Source: Sedimentisphaerales bacterium (lineage in GTDB: Bacteria > Planctomycetota > Phycisphaerae > Sedimentisphaerales > SM23-30). Taken from it: a stretch of DNA of 64,000 nucleotides. The notes under the pieces are model-generated. The model was not told the origin of the DNA and made no database searches. It saw only the letters and a program-made list of their open reading frames with translations. The stretch covers positions 128,001-192,000 of the forward strand of contig CAXXMR010000020.1 in the NCBI GenBank assembly GCA_963663805.2, given 5' to 3'. Made by a program: the position numbers and the translations under genes. Every line of letters starts with the position of its first letter. Within the stretch, counting starts at the first letter, position 1. Shown here piece after piece: positions 1-9,373 of this stretch.

Positions 1-329
1 CTCGCCTCCTTGATATACCGCTGGACAGTGCTGTAATGGCCGGTGAAACCATACTCGTCACAAAGCCGCTGATACATTTTGGTCGCCTGCATCCGCTGCT
101 TACGCCGAACCTTTTTGTCAGATTCCAGCCAGGTGTCAATAATGTGCGCGAAGGGATCCATGACAGCCTTGACCCGCGGCTGACTGAGCCGATAGCCCGG
201 CGGAATCGGATTTTTCAGGGCCTTGGCCACCGTGTTACGCGAATGCCCCAGCTCCAGGGCAACCTCACGTTGCGATATCCCATCACGAACTTTACGTCTG
301 ATAATCTCATAATGCTCCACTGTAAGCAC
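1..329 (-). CDS. istA: IS21 transposase IstA, N-terminal part (partial at window edge)
   Basis: GTG CTT ACA GTG GAG CAT start identical to 55107. Confidence 0.9.
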   Translation of the reverse strand, partial: MLTVEHYEIIRRKVRDGISQREVALELGHSRNTVAKALKNPIPPGYRLSQPRVKAVMDPFAHIIDTWLESDKKVRRKQRMQATKMYQRLCDEYGFTGHYSTVQRYIKEA

Positions 330-465
330 CTTTCTAAGCCTCCTGTGTCTAAAATGTTACGTATCTTAAACACATCTTATCGGCCTTTTACAGTGGCTCC
401 TTTTTCGATGCTTTTTCAGAAGAGAAAACCCGCAAATCTGGCTCCATTTTCAATGCTAATCACCA
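1..465 (-). mobile_element. IS21-family element, left end (runs off the window start); inverted copy of the IS at 54971-57481
   Basis: 1-465 is the reverse complement of the start of the 54971 element; terminal TGGTGATTAGCATTGAAAATGGAGCCAG ends at 465. Confidence 0.95.
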
Positions 466-471
466 CGCTGA

Positions 472-541
472 CAACTGCTCAGTGGAGACGCTGGGTGGTG
501 TGAGAGACAGGGGCAGTGACACTCCCGTCTGTTCGTTTGAT
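472..541 (+). ncRNA. Group II intron domain V/VI-like remnant
   Basis: AACTGCTCAGTG-GAGA-CGCTGGGTGGTGTGAGAG followed by GGGG...CCC..GTTCG; 11-bp stem with GNRA loop and the GGTGGTGTGAGAG signature of bacterial group II intron 3' ends. Confidence 0.45.
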
Positions 542-566
542 TGAACTGGAATCCCCCCGATATTAA

Positions 567-1160
567 TTAGCGTGAACGATTTGTTCTGCCCGAAGACCTG
601 CCGCTGCCGCCTGACCGGTTGCCGCCAGTTCTACCGCTGCTGCTGCTGCCGGAACTGCCATCGAGTATGCTGTTGTTGTAACTGCTGCGCATACTCAAAA
701 GGTCCGCGATATAATAAACCCGTAGTGAACGCCTGTCTGGATAGCGATTAACCGTGTTGATTTCCAACACCCCTCTATCGACGCGCCAGGCCAGAGGCAC
801 GACCGCTGAACCGCTGATATAGTCCAGGGCCGCTTCGAGCACCTTGAACGCCGAAATGTCGGCCAACTGCATCGTTACCGTATTATCGTGATAGACATTC
901 ACCGCTTCCAGTGCCGGCCAATAAGCGATGACATTAATCCCTACCTGATCGCGAAGATCCGCTATCACTTCCTCAAAGGGAGTGTCATTATAATCAACCG
1001 TCATGGGAATTGCCGCCAGGCGAGCTTCAACCTCAATCGTCGTCATCGGTTTGGGCTTGGCCTGAACTATTGGCACAACGGTAGATTTGTCCTCGGCAAT
1101 AGCGGTCGCCACGACGGCCAATACCATTAAAACAGCAATAATTTTGAATTTTGCGAACAT
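567..1160 (-). CDS. Secreted hypothetical protein, secretin/STN N-domain-like, Ser/Gly/Arg-rich tail
   Basis: Signal peptide; 'VDYNDTPFEEVIADLRDQVGINV' and 'RVYYIADLL' resemble planctomycete secretin N-terminal domains. Confidence 0.6.
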   Translation of the reverse strand: MFAKFKIIAVLMVLAVVATAIAEDKSTVVPIVQAKPKPMTTIEVEARLAAIPMTVDYNDTPFEEVIADLRDQVGINVIAYWPALEAVNVYHDNTVTMQLADISAFKVLEAALDYISGSAVVPLAWRVDRGVLEINTVNRYPDRRSLRVYYIADLLSMRSSYNNSILDGSSGSSSSGRTGGNRSGGSGRSSGRTNRSR

Positions 1161-1213
1161 GTCAGTGACCTCCAGCTACCTCAATTATAGCCGCTTATGC
1201 CGGTTTCGACAAG

Positions 1214-3085
1214 TCAGTTGTCGATATATCGCCGATGCCATAGCTCCAGCATCAGCAGGGCCCACAGACGCTGGCCATGGTCCGCCCGCCCCGATTTATG
1301 CTCTAACCAGAGTTTCTCCAGGGCTGTCCGTTCAAAGTGGTTTCTTTCTAAAGCCTTTTGTGACAATATATTATCTAATAAAATCTCCCGCAGGTCATGG
1401 TTGAACCAGCTTCCAATCGGCACCCCAAATCCTCGTTTGCCCCTGTCGGTTATCTTGCCCGGCAGCATATCACCAAAGGCCCTGCGGAGAATAATTTTGC
1501 CTATTTTGCCATTTAGCCGATATTTTCGCGGCAGACTAAATGCCAGCTCTACCAGTTCATGGTCCTGGAACGGACAGCGAACCTCCAGCCCATGTGCCAT
1601 CGAGACCCGGTCAACCTTCACATTCAAATCGCCCGGCAGATATGCCTCCAAATCCGCCCGCATCGCGCTGGCCGCTCCATCCTCGCTCGTTCGTAAAAAT
1701 TCCGACCAGTCACACGCGAAACCTTTATATACATCTTCCTGGCAAAGTTCCTTTAGCTGTTCCAGTTGGAAAATGCCCAGCCAGTTTAGATATGCCGCGT
1801 CCGGTTCGAGATTAGCTGAGGCCAAAAATCTTTTCAGTCGAGTCAGCCTGCCGTGCAGATTTATCCCCGGCAGCTTTTGCCAGATTCCCAGCCCTGCCAG
1901 TTTCCTCAACAGCCAAAGACGCCTCAGCCGCTCAGCCATCAGTGTCGCTCGATAGCGGTCGTATCCGCCGAAACACTCATCCCCGCCGTCACCGCTCAAA
2001 GCGACCGTGACATGTTGACGGGTCATTTTTGATAAGTGCCACGTCGGCAGCGCCGAGCTGTCAGCGAACGGGTCGTCATAAATACCCGCCAGTGTTTCAA
2101 TCGTTTCAGCGAAGTTTGGCGATACCACATGTTCAAAATGCTCGCAGCCAAATTTCTCCGCCGCACACCGGGCGAAGGCCAGCTCATTATATGCCTGTTC
2201 TAAAAAACCAATCGAGCAGGTCTTGACCGGCCGCGAGCATTCCCGACTCATCAAGCCGACAATGATAGATGAATCAATCCCGCCCGACAAAAACGCACCC
2301 AGTGGCACGTCGCTAATCATTCGCATCTTGACCGAACGTCGCAAGGTCTCGCGGACAGCCTCAATAGCTTCAGAAAAAGTTCCACTGAATTTTTCCCGCT
2401 CATCTACCGACCAATATTTAACCGGTGACAGATTGCCGATGTTATCATTTTTAATGAGTAAATAATGACCGGGCCCTAATTGTTGTATATTCTCAAAAGC
2501 GGTTTTTAGACCACCTGTATAGCCCAGGACCAGATAATTACTAATCACGGAAAGATTGACCCGCCGGGAAAAATCTCTGCTCACTAGAATAGATTTTATT
2601 TCAGAACCGAAAACAAATCGGCCTTTATTCAAAGCATAATATAAAGGTTTTTGGCCCAGTCGGTCGCGAGCCAGAAACAGTTCACGTTTGGTCTTATCCC
2701 AAATCGCCAGCGCGAACATGCCGCGCATTTTTCGTACGCACTCCGGCCCATACTCACGGTATAAATGCAGCACTACTTCGGTATCACAATTGGTAAAAAA
2801 TTTGTGCCCGCGTCCTGAAAGCTCCACTCGAAGCTCTGCGAAATTATAGCATTCACCGTTGTAGGTGATAAACAGTTCGTCGTCCAGACTCATTGGCTGC
2901 TGACCGTGACCGGGGTCAATAATTGCCAGTCGCCGGTGAGCAAACCCCCAACTGCCGTCCTCTATTTTCGTAATCCCGGAATCGTCAGGCCCGCGCGGAG
3001 ACAAACTGTCCGCCATAGCCCAAAGCTCAGCAGCATCAACCGGGATTGTCCCGCAAAAATTTATTATGCCCGCGATTCCGCACAT
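1214..3085 (-). CDS. asnB: Asparagine synthase (glutamine-hydrolysing) family amidotransferase
   Basis: MCGIAG N-terminus, HRRLAIID, NGECYN, RDRLGQKPLY, LSGGIDSS, SGDGGDE motifs. Confidence 0.95.
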   Translation of the reverse strand: MCGIAGIINFCGTIPVDAAELWAMADSLSPRGPDDSGITKIEDGSWGFAHRRLAIIDPGHGQQPMSLDDELFITYNGECYNFAELRVELSGRGHKFFTNCDTEVVLHLYREYGPECVRKMRGMFALAIWDKTKRELFLARDRLGQKPLYYALNKGRFVFGSEIKSILVSRDFSRRVNLSVISNYLVLGYTGGLKTAFENIQQLGPGHYLLIKNDNIGNLSPVKYWSVDEREKFSGTFSEAIEAVRETLRRSVKMRMISDVPLGAFLSGGIDSSIIVGLMSRECSRPVKTCSIGFLEQAYNELAFARCAAEKFGCEHFEHVVSPNFAETIETLAGIYDDPFADSSALPTWHLSKMTRQHVTVALSGDGGDECFGGYDRYRATLMAERLRRLWLLRKLAGLGIWQKLPGINLHGRLTRLKRFLASANLEPDAAYLNWLGIFQLEQLKELCQEDVYKGFACDWSEFLRTSEDGAASAMRADLEAYLPGDLNVKVDRVSMAHGLEVRCPFQDHELVELAFSLPRKYRLNGKIGKIILRRAFGDMLPGKITDRGKRGFGVPIGSWFNHDLREILLDNILSQKALERNHFERTALEKLWLEHKSGRADHGQRLWALLMLELWHRRYIDN

Positions 3086-3098
3086 TTTCTATTAACCA

Positions 3099-3716
3099 TC
3101 ATTTTTTTTGCCGGGTTTCCTGATTTTCTGAATATTGCTTTTCGTAAATATCCGTAGGCCGAAGCATCCGGAATACCGTACCCAGCAGAATTCGCGTATC
3201 CAGCAGCAGCGACTGGTTTTCGACATAATTCACGTCGAGTTCGAGTTTGGCTTCGATTGTCAGGCTGCCCCGCCCGGAAATCTGAGCCAGCCCCGTCAGG
3301 CCGGGCTTGACCTCCAGCCGCCTTTTCTGCCGCTGGTTCCACTCCGCTATTTGAGCCACATAAAGAGGCCGCGGCCCGACCAGTGACATATCGCCGGCCA
3401 ATACATTAGCCAATTGCGGCAGTTCATCCAGCGACAACAGACGCAGAATCTTGCCTACTCCGGTCAGACGGGAATCCGCCCCGTCTTTCGGAGATGCACC
3501 AAACGGGTCAACATCCTTCCGCATGGTCCGAAACTTAATAAGCTGAAATGGCCGGGCTTTTTCCCCTGCCCGCTCCTGAAAGAAAAACACACCCGGCCCA
3601 CTGCTTAGACGCACCGCCAGCGCGACGATTATTATCACCGGTATTGTCAGAGGCAATGTCAAGACCACCAGCAGGACATCAGCCAGTCGTTTGATTAAAT
3701 GATGACTATTTTTCAT
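3099..3716 (-). CDS. Bacterial sugar transferase (polyprenyl-phosphate glycosyl-1-phosphate transferase)
   Basis: KRLADV, FFFQERAG, KFRTM, SLDELPQL, DMSLVGPRP, KPGLTGLAQ. Confidence 0.93.
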   Translation of the reverse strand: MKNSHHLIKRLADVLLVVLTLPLTIPVIIIVALAVRLSSGPGVFFFQERAGEKARPFQLIKFRTMRKDVDPFGASPKDGADSRLTGVGKILRLLSLDELPQLANVLAGDMSLVGPRPLYVAQIAEWNQRQKRRLEVKPGLTGLAQISGRGSLTIEAKLELDVNYVENQSLLLDTRILLGTVFRMLRPTDIYEKQYSENQETRQKK

Positions 3717-3886
3717 AATGCTAGTATTTTCCGTGCTTTGCGGAAATTAACAAGCAAAAAAAGCTCATGTCTGGCTAGGGGCAGGATAAATTTTATTTTT
3801 TGTGCAATAAAAACCGGTGGTCTTCATTAGACTCTAATTACATAGAAAAAGTATGCGTCTTCGAAGTATGAGGAGCGGCCGGTTAG

Positions 3887-4996
3887 ATGGATTATTCACG
3901 ATTTTCAGCAGGTCTGGCGGCTGACGGTCCGCCGCCTCCCCCCTTGCCGCCGATTGACGCGTTAAGCGTGGTTACCAATGGGCTGGCGGTGAAATCTCTG
4001 GTGGGGCAGGAATCCTGTGGGCGGGCTCCGTGGGGTATAGAGTTTCCGGGGCCTCCGTGTGGGTTTTTCGCGATTAGGGAAGGCGAGTGTGTAGCTCGAC
4101 TGAGAGGGCAGGGCAAGACGGTTCGATTGAGTGCGGGCGATATACTGATAGTTTTTAAGTCGAGTCCTGTCGAATTGAAAGATTGTCCGGAGAGCCAAAC
4201 GGTTCCGCTGGGCACGTTGCTCAAAGGCCAGGATATGAGGAAGCACCCGGCGATAGACTGCGGCGGTCAGGGCGCGGTGACGAAATTTGTTACCGGAGGC
4301 TTTGTTTTTGAGCATGATAATAATCATTGTCTGGTCGAGGCACTGCCGGCGTTTCTTCATCAAAAAAATGAAGCAGAAAAATTCCCTGCCGAACAGGAGC
4401 ATGTTCTGGAATTGATATGTAAGGAACTGCGGCAATGTTCGTCGGGCCGATACGCGATAATCAATAAGCTGGTGCAGGTACTGATAATTCAGGCGATACG
4501 CGGGGTGCTGGAACAGGATGGATCGCCGCCGGGCAATATTGTGCATGCTCTGAACGATAATGAGGTGGGGCACGCCCTGAAGCTGATACATCAGTATCCG
4601 CAAGTCAACTGGTCGGTACAGAAACTTGCTGACGAGGTGGGGATGTCACGCTCGTCGTTTGCCAAACGGTTCAATATTGCGACGGGCACTTCGCCGATCG
4701 CTTATCTGATGCAATATCGGATGAAGTTTGCGGCGGCTTGTCTGGAGAACAGTACGGATAATATCCTGAGCGTGGCCCGTCGGGTAGGTTTCAGCTCCGA
4801 TGCCTCTTTCAGCACAGCCTTTAAGCGGTGCTATGGCGATTCGCCCGGCCAATATCGCAGCAGTCGTCAGATGAGCAGAACCGGAGAAAAACAGATACGA
4901 GAGGGAGCCGGGGGTGTTTGGGGGCAAAAAAGGACAAAAAAATACCCTGACAAAACTATTGCGGACGACAGGGCATTTAGGGGGTGGCCTGTTTGA
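3887..4996 (+). CDS. AraC-family regulator with N-terminal cupin domain (RclR-like)
   Basis: WSVQKLADEVGMSRSSFAKRF, VARRVGFSSDASFSTAFKR HTH motifs; PWGIEFP cupin. Confidence 0.9.
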   Translation: MDYSRFSAGLAADGPPPPPLPPIDALSVVTNGLAVKSLVGQESCGRAPWGIEFPGPPCGFFAIREGECVARLRGQGKTVRLSAGDILIVFKSSPVELKDCPESQTVPLGTLLKGQDMRKHPAIDCGGQGAVTKFVTGGFVFEHDNNHCLVEALPAFLHQKNEAEKFPAEQEHVLELICKELRQCSSGRYAIINKLVQVLIIQAIRGVLEQDGSPPGNIVHALNDNEVGHALKLIHQYPQVNWSVQKLADEVGMSRSSFAKRFNIATGTSPIAYLMQYRMKFAAACLENSTDNILSVARRVGFSSDASFSTAFKRCYGDSPGQYRSSRQMSRTGEKQIREGAGGVWGQKRTKKYPDKTIADDRAFRGWPV

Positions 4997-5076
4997 GTCG
5001 ATGAGATAACAGAAAAACAGTAGTCTGTTGAAGCAATGTTATCCATAAGATAACTCAAACAGAAAGGACATGACCA

Positions 5077-5634
5077 ATGATTAGTTCAATTAGTGACTCC
5101 AGTCAGCAATTCATGGTGCAGATGATGCAGCAGCGGGGCGACCCCAGCGGGACAGCTCCGACGGGTAATCCCATGCAGGAGATGATGGAGAATAACTCCG
5201 ATTCAATTGCTGACAAACTGGGCGTTGATTCGTCAACGTTTGCCACCATCGCCGGCGAGATCGACGCAGCCGTAGAAGAAGCGACCGAAGGTGTTGACGG
5301 CCGCGCGAGCAAAGAAACCGTCGATGATGCCATTAGTGGTGTTCTTAGTAATTATGGCATTACTCTTGATGAATTGCAGTCGGCTCTCCAGTCCACAGCG
5401 GAGGAAACAGGAATGGCCCCGATGGGTGGCATGGGAGGAATGAAGGGCATGGGTGGCCCGCCGCCAATGGGTGGCGCCGGTGGTGCCGAGGGTACCGATA
5501 GTGAAGAAGACTGGCTGGAAGAATACCTCGAAAGTCTTCAGTCTGATAGTGAGTCGGAAGACAGCAGCGGTTTTAATATTATGCAGTTGCTAGGCAATCT
5601 GCCGACCGGCTCGTTGACAAATGTAATGGCCTGA
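5077..5634 (+). CDS. Hypothetical acidic, Met/Gly-rich protein
   Basis: 185-aa ORF with upstream AAGGA RBS. Confidence 0.75.
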   Translation: MISSISDSSQQFMVQMMQQRGDPSGTAPTGNPMQEMMENNSDSIADKLGVDSSTFATIAGEIDAAVEEATEGVDGRASKETVDDAISGVLSNYGITLDELQSALQSTAEETGMAPMGGMGGMKGMGGPPPMGGAGGAEGTDSEEDWLEEYLESLQSDSESEDSSGFNIMQLLGNLPTGSLTNVMA

Positions 5635-5755
5635 CAACCGCACATTGCCAAGACGCATAGTTAGATGTTCCCTAAAGGATAATATTGCTTCGAATTGCCG
5701 AGACAGGGAGGTCTAAAAGAGGTTGCAGGGATGTTGAAACCGTAAATGAGTACCG

Positions 5756-5792
5756 CCGAGCGGTGGCCCTGATGCTGCCGCTCGGTTTTTTT
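5756..5792 (+). terminator. Rho-independent terminator
   Basis: CCGAGCGGTGGC-cctgat-GCTGCCGCTCGG followed by T7, between convergent genes. Confidence 0.85.
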
Positions 5793-5793
5793 G

Positions 5794-7959
5794 TCAACGC
5801 AGCCAGTTCTCCGCCATTATGCTCAGGTCCTCCAGATTCACGACGCAATCCTGATTCAAATCACCCGGAAGTTGCGTCGGACAGAAATTAATGTAATCAG
5901 CACCATCGGTCAGCCACGCCAGCGAAAACCGCGCCAGCGTAATTATCGAGTAACTATCCCTTTCATACAGGCAGCCCATATTCCAGTCCGGCAGAACCGT
6001 CAGGCAGGAATAGGCACTCGAACCGGAGTAAATCTGTTTAGCCACAGGCCACGTCGCCGCTTCATCGTAACTCAGTTTCACCGTCATATTTACACGACTG
6101 GAGATATGGGCCGGGTTGGAGAAAATCACCCGGTTAATATCCTGCCGGTCGGCATGGGTCAAACGCAGAAAGCTCGCCTGGCACGTCGGTTCCGGCAATG
6201 CCTGGTCAAACCAGATTTCCGACCACGTATGCCCGCCGTCGGTACTGGAGGCAATCGCCCGATGGTCCGGGTCGGTATCATAAGAGCGGGCATTATTCAG
6301 CACCGTACTGTCATATAGCTCAACAGCCTGACATTCGTTACAGCCCGGCACCATCGGCAGGCCGTAGGTCCAGTTTGCCCCATGGTCATCGCTGTACATC
6401 ATGTGTGAACCGCGTACGCCGGAATTGTGGTCCGAAGGAATAATCAACCGACCCGCGTAGCTGCCGGTCTGCAACTGAATACCAACGCCCGGCCCGGTGG
6501 CGTACCAGCTCCAGCTAGAGTCTTTCACGTCGTCGGTAACTTCCCGCCGAGCTGACCACGTATAACCATTATCGTCGCTGTAACCCACGAATACACGACC
6601 ATTGTTACGACAGAACGGCATCCATATCCTATTGTTTGTTTCATCAACCACCGGGCACGGATTACCAATGGTTATCAAGGCTGAGCCGCCTTCTTCGTAA
6701 ATCAGTTGCAGGGGCGACCAGGTCTGCCCGTTGTCGGTACTGCGTTTCATGACAATGTCAATATCGCCGTCGTCGCCGCAATCATTTTTACGACCTTCGC
6801 AAAATGCCAGAACATCGCCGTTGGGGGCAACCAGAATCGCTGGAATGCGAAAACACGTATAACCCTCAGTGCCGTTGGTGAATAAATCGATTTGTTCAAA
6901 TACTATGCCGGGAATAGTTGTCGTAAATGACCAGAGAGGCCCAGCGAAGGTGTTCTGCTCACTATCAGTAACATCAACCCTCCAGTAATAAGTCGTCGAA
7001 TAATCCAGTAGCGGCGGATAATAAGTCGCTAGATGTGAACCAGTCACAACAGGCCCCGATGGGAACGACGAATCCGTATCAAAATAAACCGTATAGGTCG
7101 GCGCACTTGCTCCGCATTGCCAGGTCAATGTATGGCGAATTTCTTCATCATCACTGTTGTTAGCGGGCGCAGGATTGTTCGCGTAATTATCAATTTCTAC
7201 AACGTCGGTGCCGGAATAAATCAGATTAATCATCTCTGTCGCCAGCACCGAGTCGAACACCGCAACCTGCGACATCCTGCCTTTGAATATCCACTGGTTG
7301 CCGCCTGAGTCAACGTTTTTGCCTAGCCACATTCCGTCCAGATTGCTTACCGCGTCGAAAAAGCCCACTTCGGTCCCGCTTTGATCTGCCTGCCCGTCAA
7401 TGTAAAGCACAACCTGCCCGTTTATATCAACAGTCACTGCCACATGATGCCAGTTATTGTCCGCCGGATCCGTCGGATAGGTAGAAAGTTGAAAATACTG
7501 GTCAGCAGCCCCTTCCCGAATATCAAACCGCAAACCGGGAATGGAAGCGTAAGTCGGGTCATAGAATAACCTTATTTCACTTGAGGCATCGGAAGTATCC
7601 GAAGCCGCCAGGATAATATCCACCGAATCCGCTCCGGGAAGTTTCACCCACGCGGATATGGTTCCCTGCTCCAGATTGCGAAAGCTATCCAGATTCCCGC
7701 TCAATTCAACCCATTCATCATCGCCGCTGTCGCCGACCCATTCCAGAACATAACCTTTCTCGGCGTCATTAACCCATGTCGGATCCGAAGCCTCGACCGT
7801 GGATGTTTCACCTAAAATGCCGTCAAGATTGTTCCCCGAAGCATCCGCCACGGTTTGCCCGCTCCCTTCATCCAGAGGCCAGTAGGCAACCAGCCCCGCG
7901 TGGATTGAACCGCTGGTTATTGCAGCAATACATAATATAGTTAGAATCAGGGTTCTCAT
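5794..7959 (-). CDS. Secreted exo-alpha-sialidase (GH33) with N-terminal LamG and Ig-like domains and C-terminal dockerin-like motif
   Basis: FRIP motif; Asp-boxes STDNGQTW, SDDNGYTW, SDDHGANW, STDGGHTW, SYDEAATW; SAYS; GDLNQDCVVNLEDL; signal peptide from MRTLILT. Confidence 0.93.
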   Translation of the reverse strand: MRTLILTILCIAAITSGSIHAGLVAYWPLDEGSGQTVADASGNNLDGILGETSTVEASDPTWVNDAEKGYVLEWVGDSGDDEWVELSGNLDSFRNLEQGTISAWVKLPGADSVDIILAASDTSDASSEIRLFYDPTYASIPGLRFDIREGAADQYFQLSTYPTDPADNNWHHVAVTVDINGQVVLYIDGQADQSGTEVGFFDAVSNLDGMWLGKNVDSGGNQWIFKGRMSQVAVFDSVLATEMINLIYSGTDVVEIDNYANNPAPANNSDDEEIRHTLTWQCGASAPTYTVYFDTDSSFPSGPVVTGSHLATYYPPLLDYSTTYYWRVDVTDSEQNTFAGPLWSFTTTIPGIVFEQIDLFTNGTEGYTCFRIPAILVAPNGDVLAFCEGRKNDCGDDGDIDIVMKRSTDNGQTWSPLQLIYEEGGSALITIGNPCPVVDETNNRIWMPFCRNNGRVFVGYSDDNGYTWSARREVTDDVKDSSWSWYATGPGVGIQLQTGSYAGRLIIPSDHNSGVRGSHMMYSDDHGANWTYGLPMVPGCNECQAVELYDSTVLNNARSYDTDPDHRAIASSTDGGHTWSEIWFDQALPEPTCQASFLRLTHADRQDINRVIFSNPAHISSRVNMTVKLSYDEAATWPVAKQIYSGSSAYSCLTVLPDWNMGCLYERDSYSIITLARFSLAWLTDGADYINFCPTQLPGDLNQDCVVNLEDLSIMAENWLR

Positions 7960-8199
7960 GGGCAGGGCTCCAGTTTGGGGGCATTTTTCTCTTATGTTAA
8001 TTATAGCAAAAACGGGACAGTGATGCAACTTGTTTATTATAAAGGGGATACGGCGCAAGTAAGGCACAAGTCCCTTTTTACGGTTTTTGAAAAATCGGGC
8101 CAGACAATATTTGGTAAAGGCAGTTTCTTTAGGGTGGCAAAGATGTATAAGGTTGCTAAAATACAGCAGTTATCAATTTTATTTTTGAAGGGTTCAGCT

Positions 8200-9195
8200 A
8201 TGGCATCACAGATACGCTGGGGGATTATGGGTTGTGGGAAAATCGCGGGGACTTTCGCGGGTGACATGGTCTATGCCGCTGAGGCGAAGTTGGCGGCGGT
8301 TGGTTCGCGTTCGCTTGAAAAGGCGGAGGAGTTTGCCGGGCAGCATGGGGCTGAATTAGCGTATGGCAGTTATGAAGAATTAGCTGCAAGTAATGATGTG
8401 GACGTAATTTATGTGGCTACGCCGCATCCGTTTCATTATGAGAATGCCAAGCTCTGTCTGGAGAACGGCAAGTCGGTGCTTTGTGAGAAGCCCTTTACGT
8501 TGAACGCCCATGAAGCTAAGGAACTGGTTGCACTGGCCCGGTCGAAAGGGCTTTTTTTGATGGAAGCGATGTGGTCGCGGTTTTTGCCGGGCTGCGTAAC
8601 GCTTTATGAAATAGTAAGTTCCGGGCGAGTTGGTAAAGTTCTATATTATCGTGGGAGCTTTGGGGTTAAGTTTGAGGTGGGACCGGAACATCGGATATTT
8701 AATCCGGATTTGGGGGGCGGGGCGCTGCTGGATTTGGGGGTTTATCCGATATCGCAGGCATCGCTGGTGTTTGGCGGGCGGCCCGTCGAGGTTAAAGCGG
8801 TGACTCTGATGGGGGAAACTGGGGTTGATGTGAATGCGGCAATCTCGCTTTTGTATGAGGGGGGCGGGGTGGCGAGTATTTTTGCCAGTTCGCTGGTGGA
8901 AGCAGACAATGAAGGGCTGATAGTAGGGACTGGTGGTAAGGTTCTGTTGCGGCCTAAGTTACATCGTCCTGAGGAGGTGGTGCTGGAGGTTGAGGGGGCA
9001 GAGCGGGAGGTTATCGACTGTCGATTTGAGGGGCGGGGTTATCATTTTCAGGTTTCTCATGTGGGGCAGTGTCTGCGGTCGGGTAAGGTGGAAAGTGAGA
9101 TAATGAGTTTGGCGGAAACGGTGGCGATAATGGAGACGATGGATGAGGTGCGGCGGCAGTGGGGGCTGGGGTATCCGGGTGAGGAGAATTTGTGA
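8200..9195 (+). CDS. Gfo/Idh/MocA family oxidoreductase
   Basis: WGIMGCGKIA, VIYVATPH, LCEKP, GGGALLDLGVY. Confidence 0.93.
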   Translation: MASQIRWGIMGCGKIAGTFAGDMVYAAEAKLAAVGSRSLEKAEEFAGQHGAELAYGSYEELAASNDVDVIYVATPHPFHYENAKLCLENGKSVLCEKPFTLNAHEAKELVALARSKGLFLMEAMWSRFLPGCVTLYEIVSSGRVGKVLYYRGSFGVKFEVGPEHRIFNPDLGGGALLDLGVYPISQASLVFGGRPVEVKAVTLMGETGVDVNAAISLLYEGGGVASIFASSLVEADNEGLIVGTGGKVLLRPKLHRPEEVVLEVEGAEREVIDCRFEGRGYHFQVSHVGQCLRSGKVESEIMSLAETVAIMETMDEVRRQWGLGYPGEENL

Positions 9196-9373
9196 TATAG
9201 GTCCTTTTGCGTTGGCAGAATTGCGGTGATTTGGATTGCAAGTTCTTATTTTCGTGAGGGTGAATTGCTGTAAGTCCTTATTTATTTTGACGAAACAGCG
9301 CGAATGGCACCCAATTTTCGGCGCGGTTCGGCCTGAAGCGACCGGTTTTTGACGATTTTTTTGAAAAAATGGC

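Noticed and set aside
36..503. 155-aa plus-strand ORF, and its twin at 54909-55445
   Set aside because: Antisense shadow of istA that crosses the IS boundary
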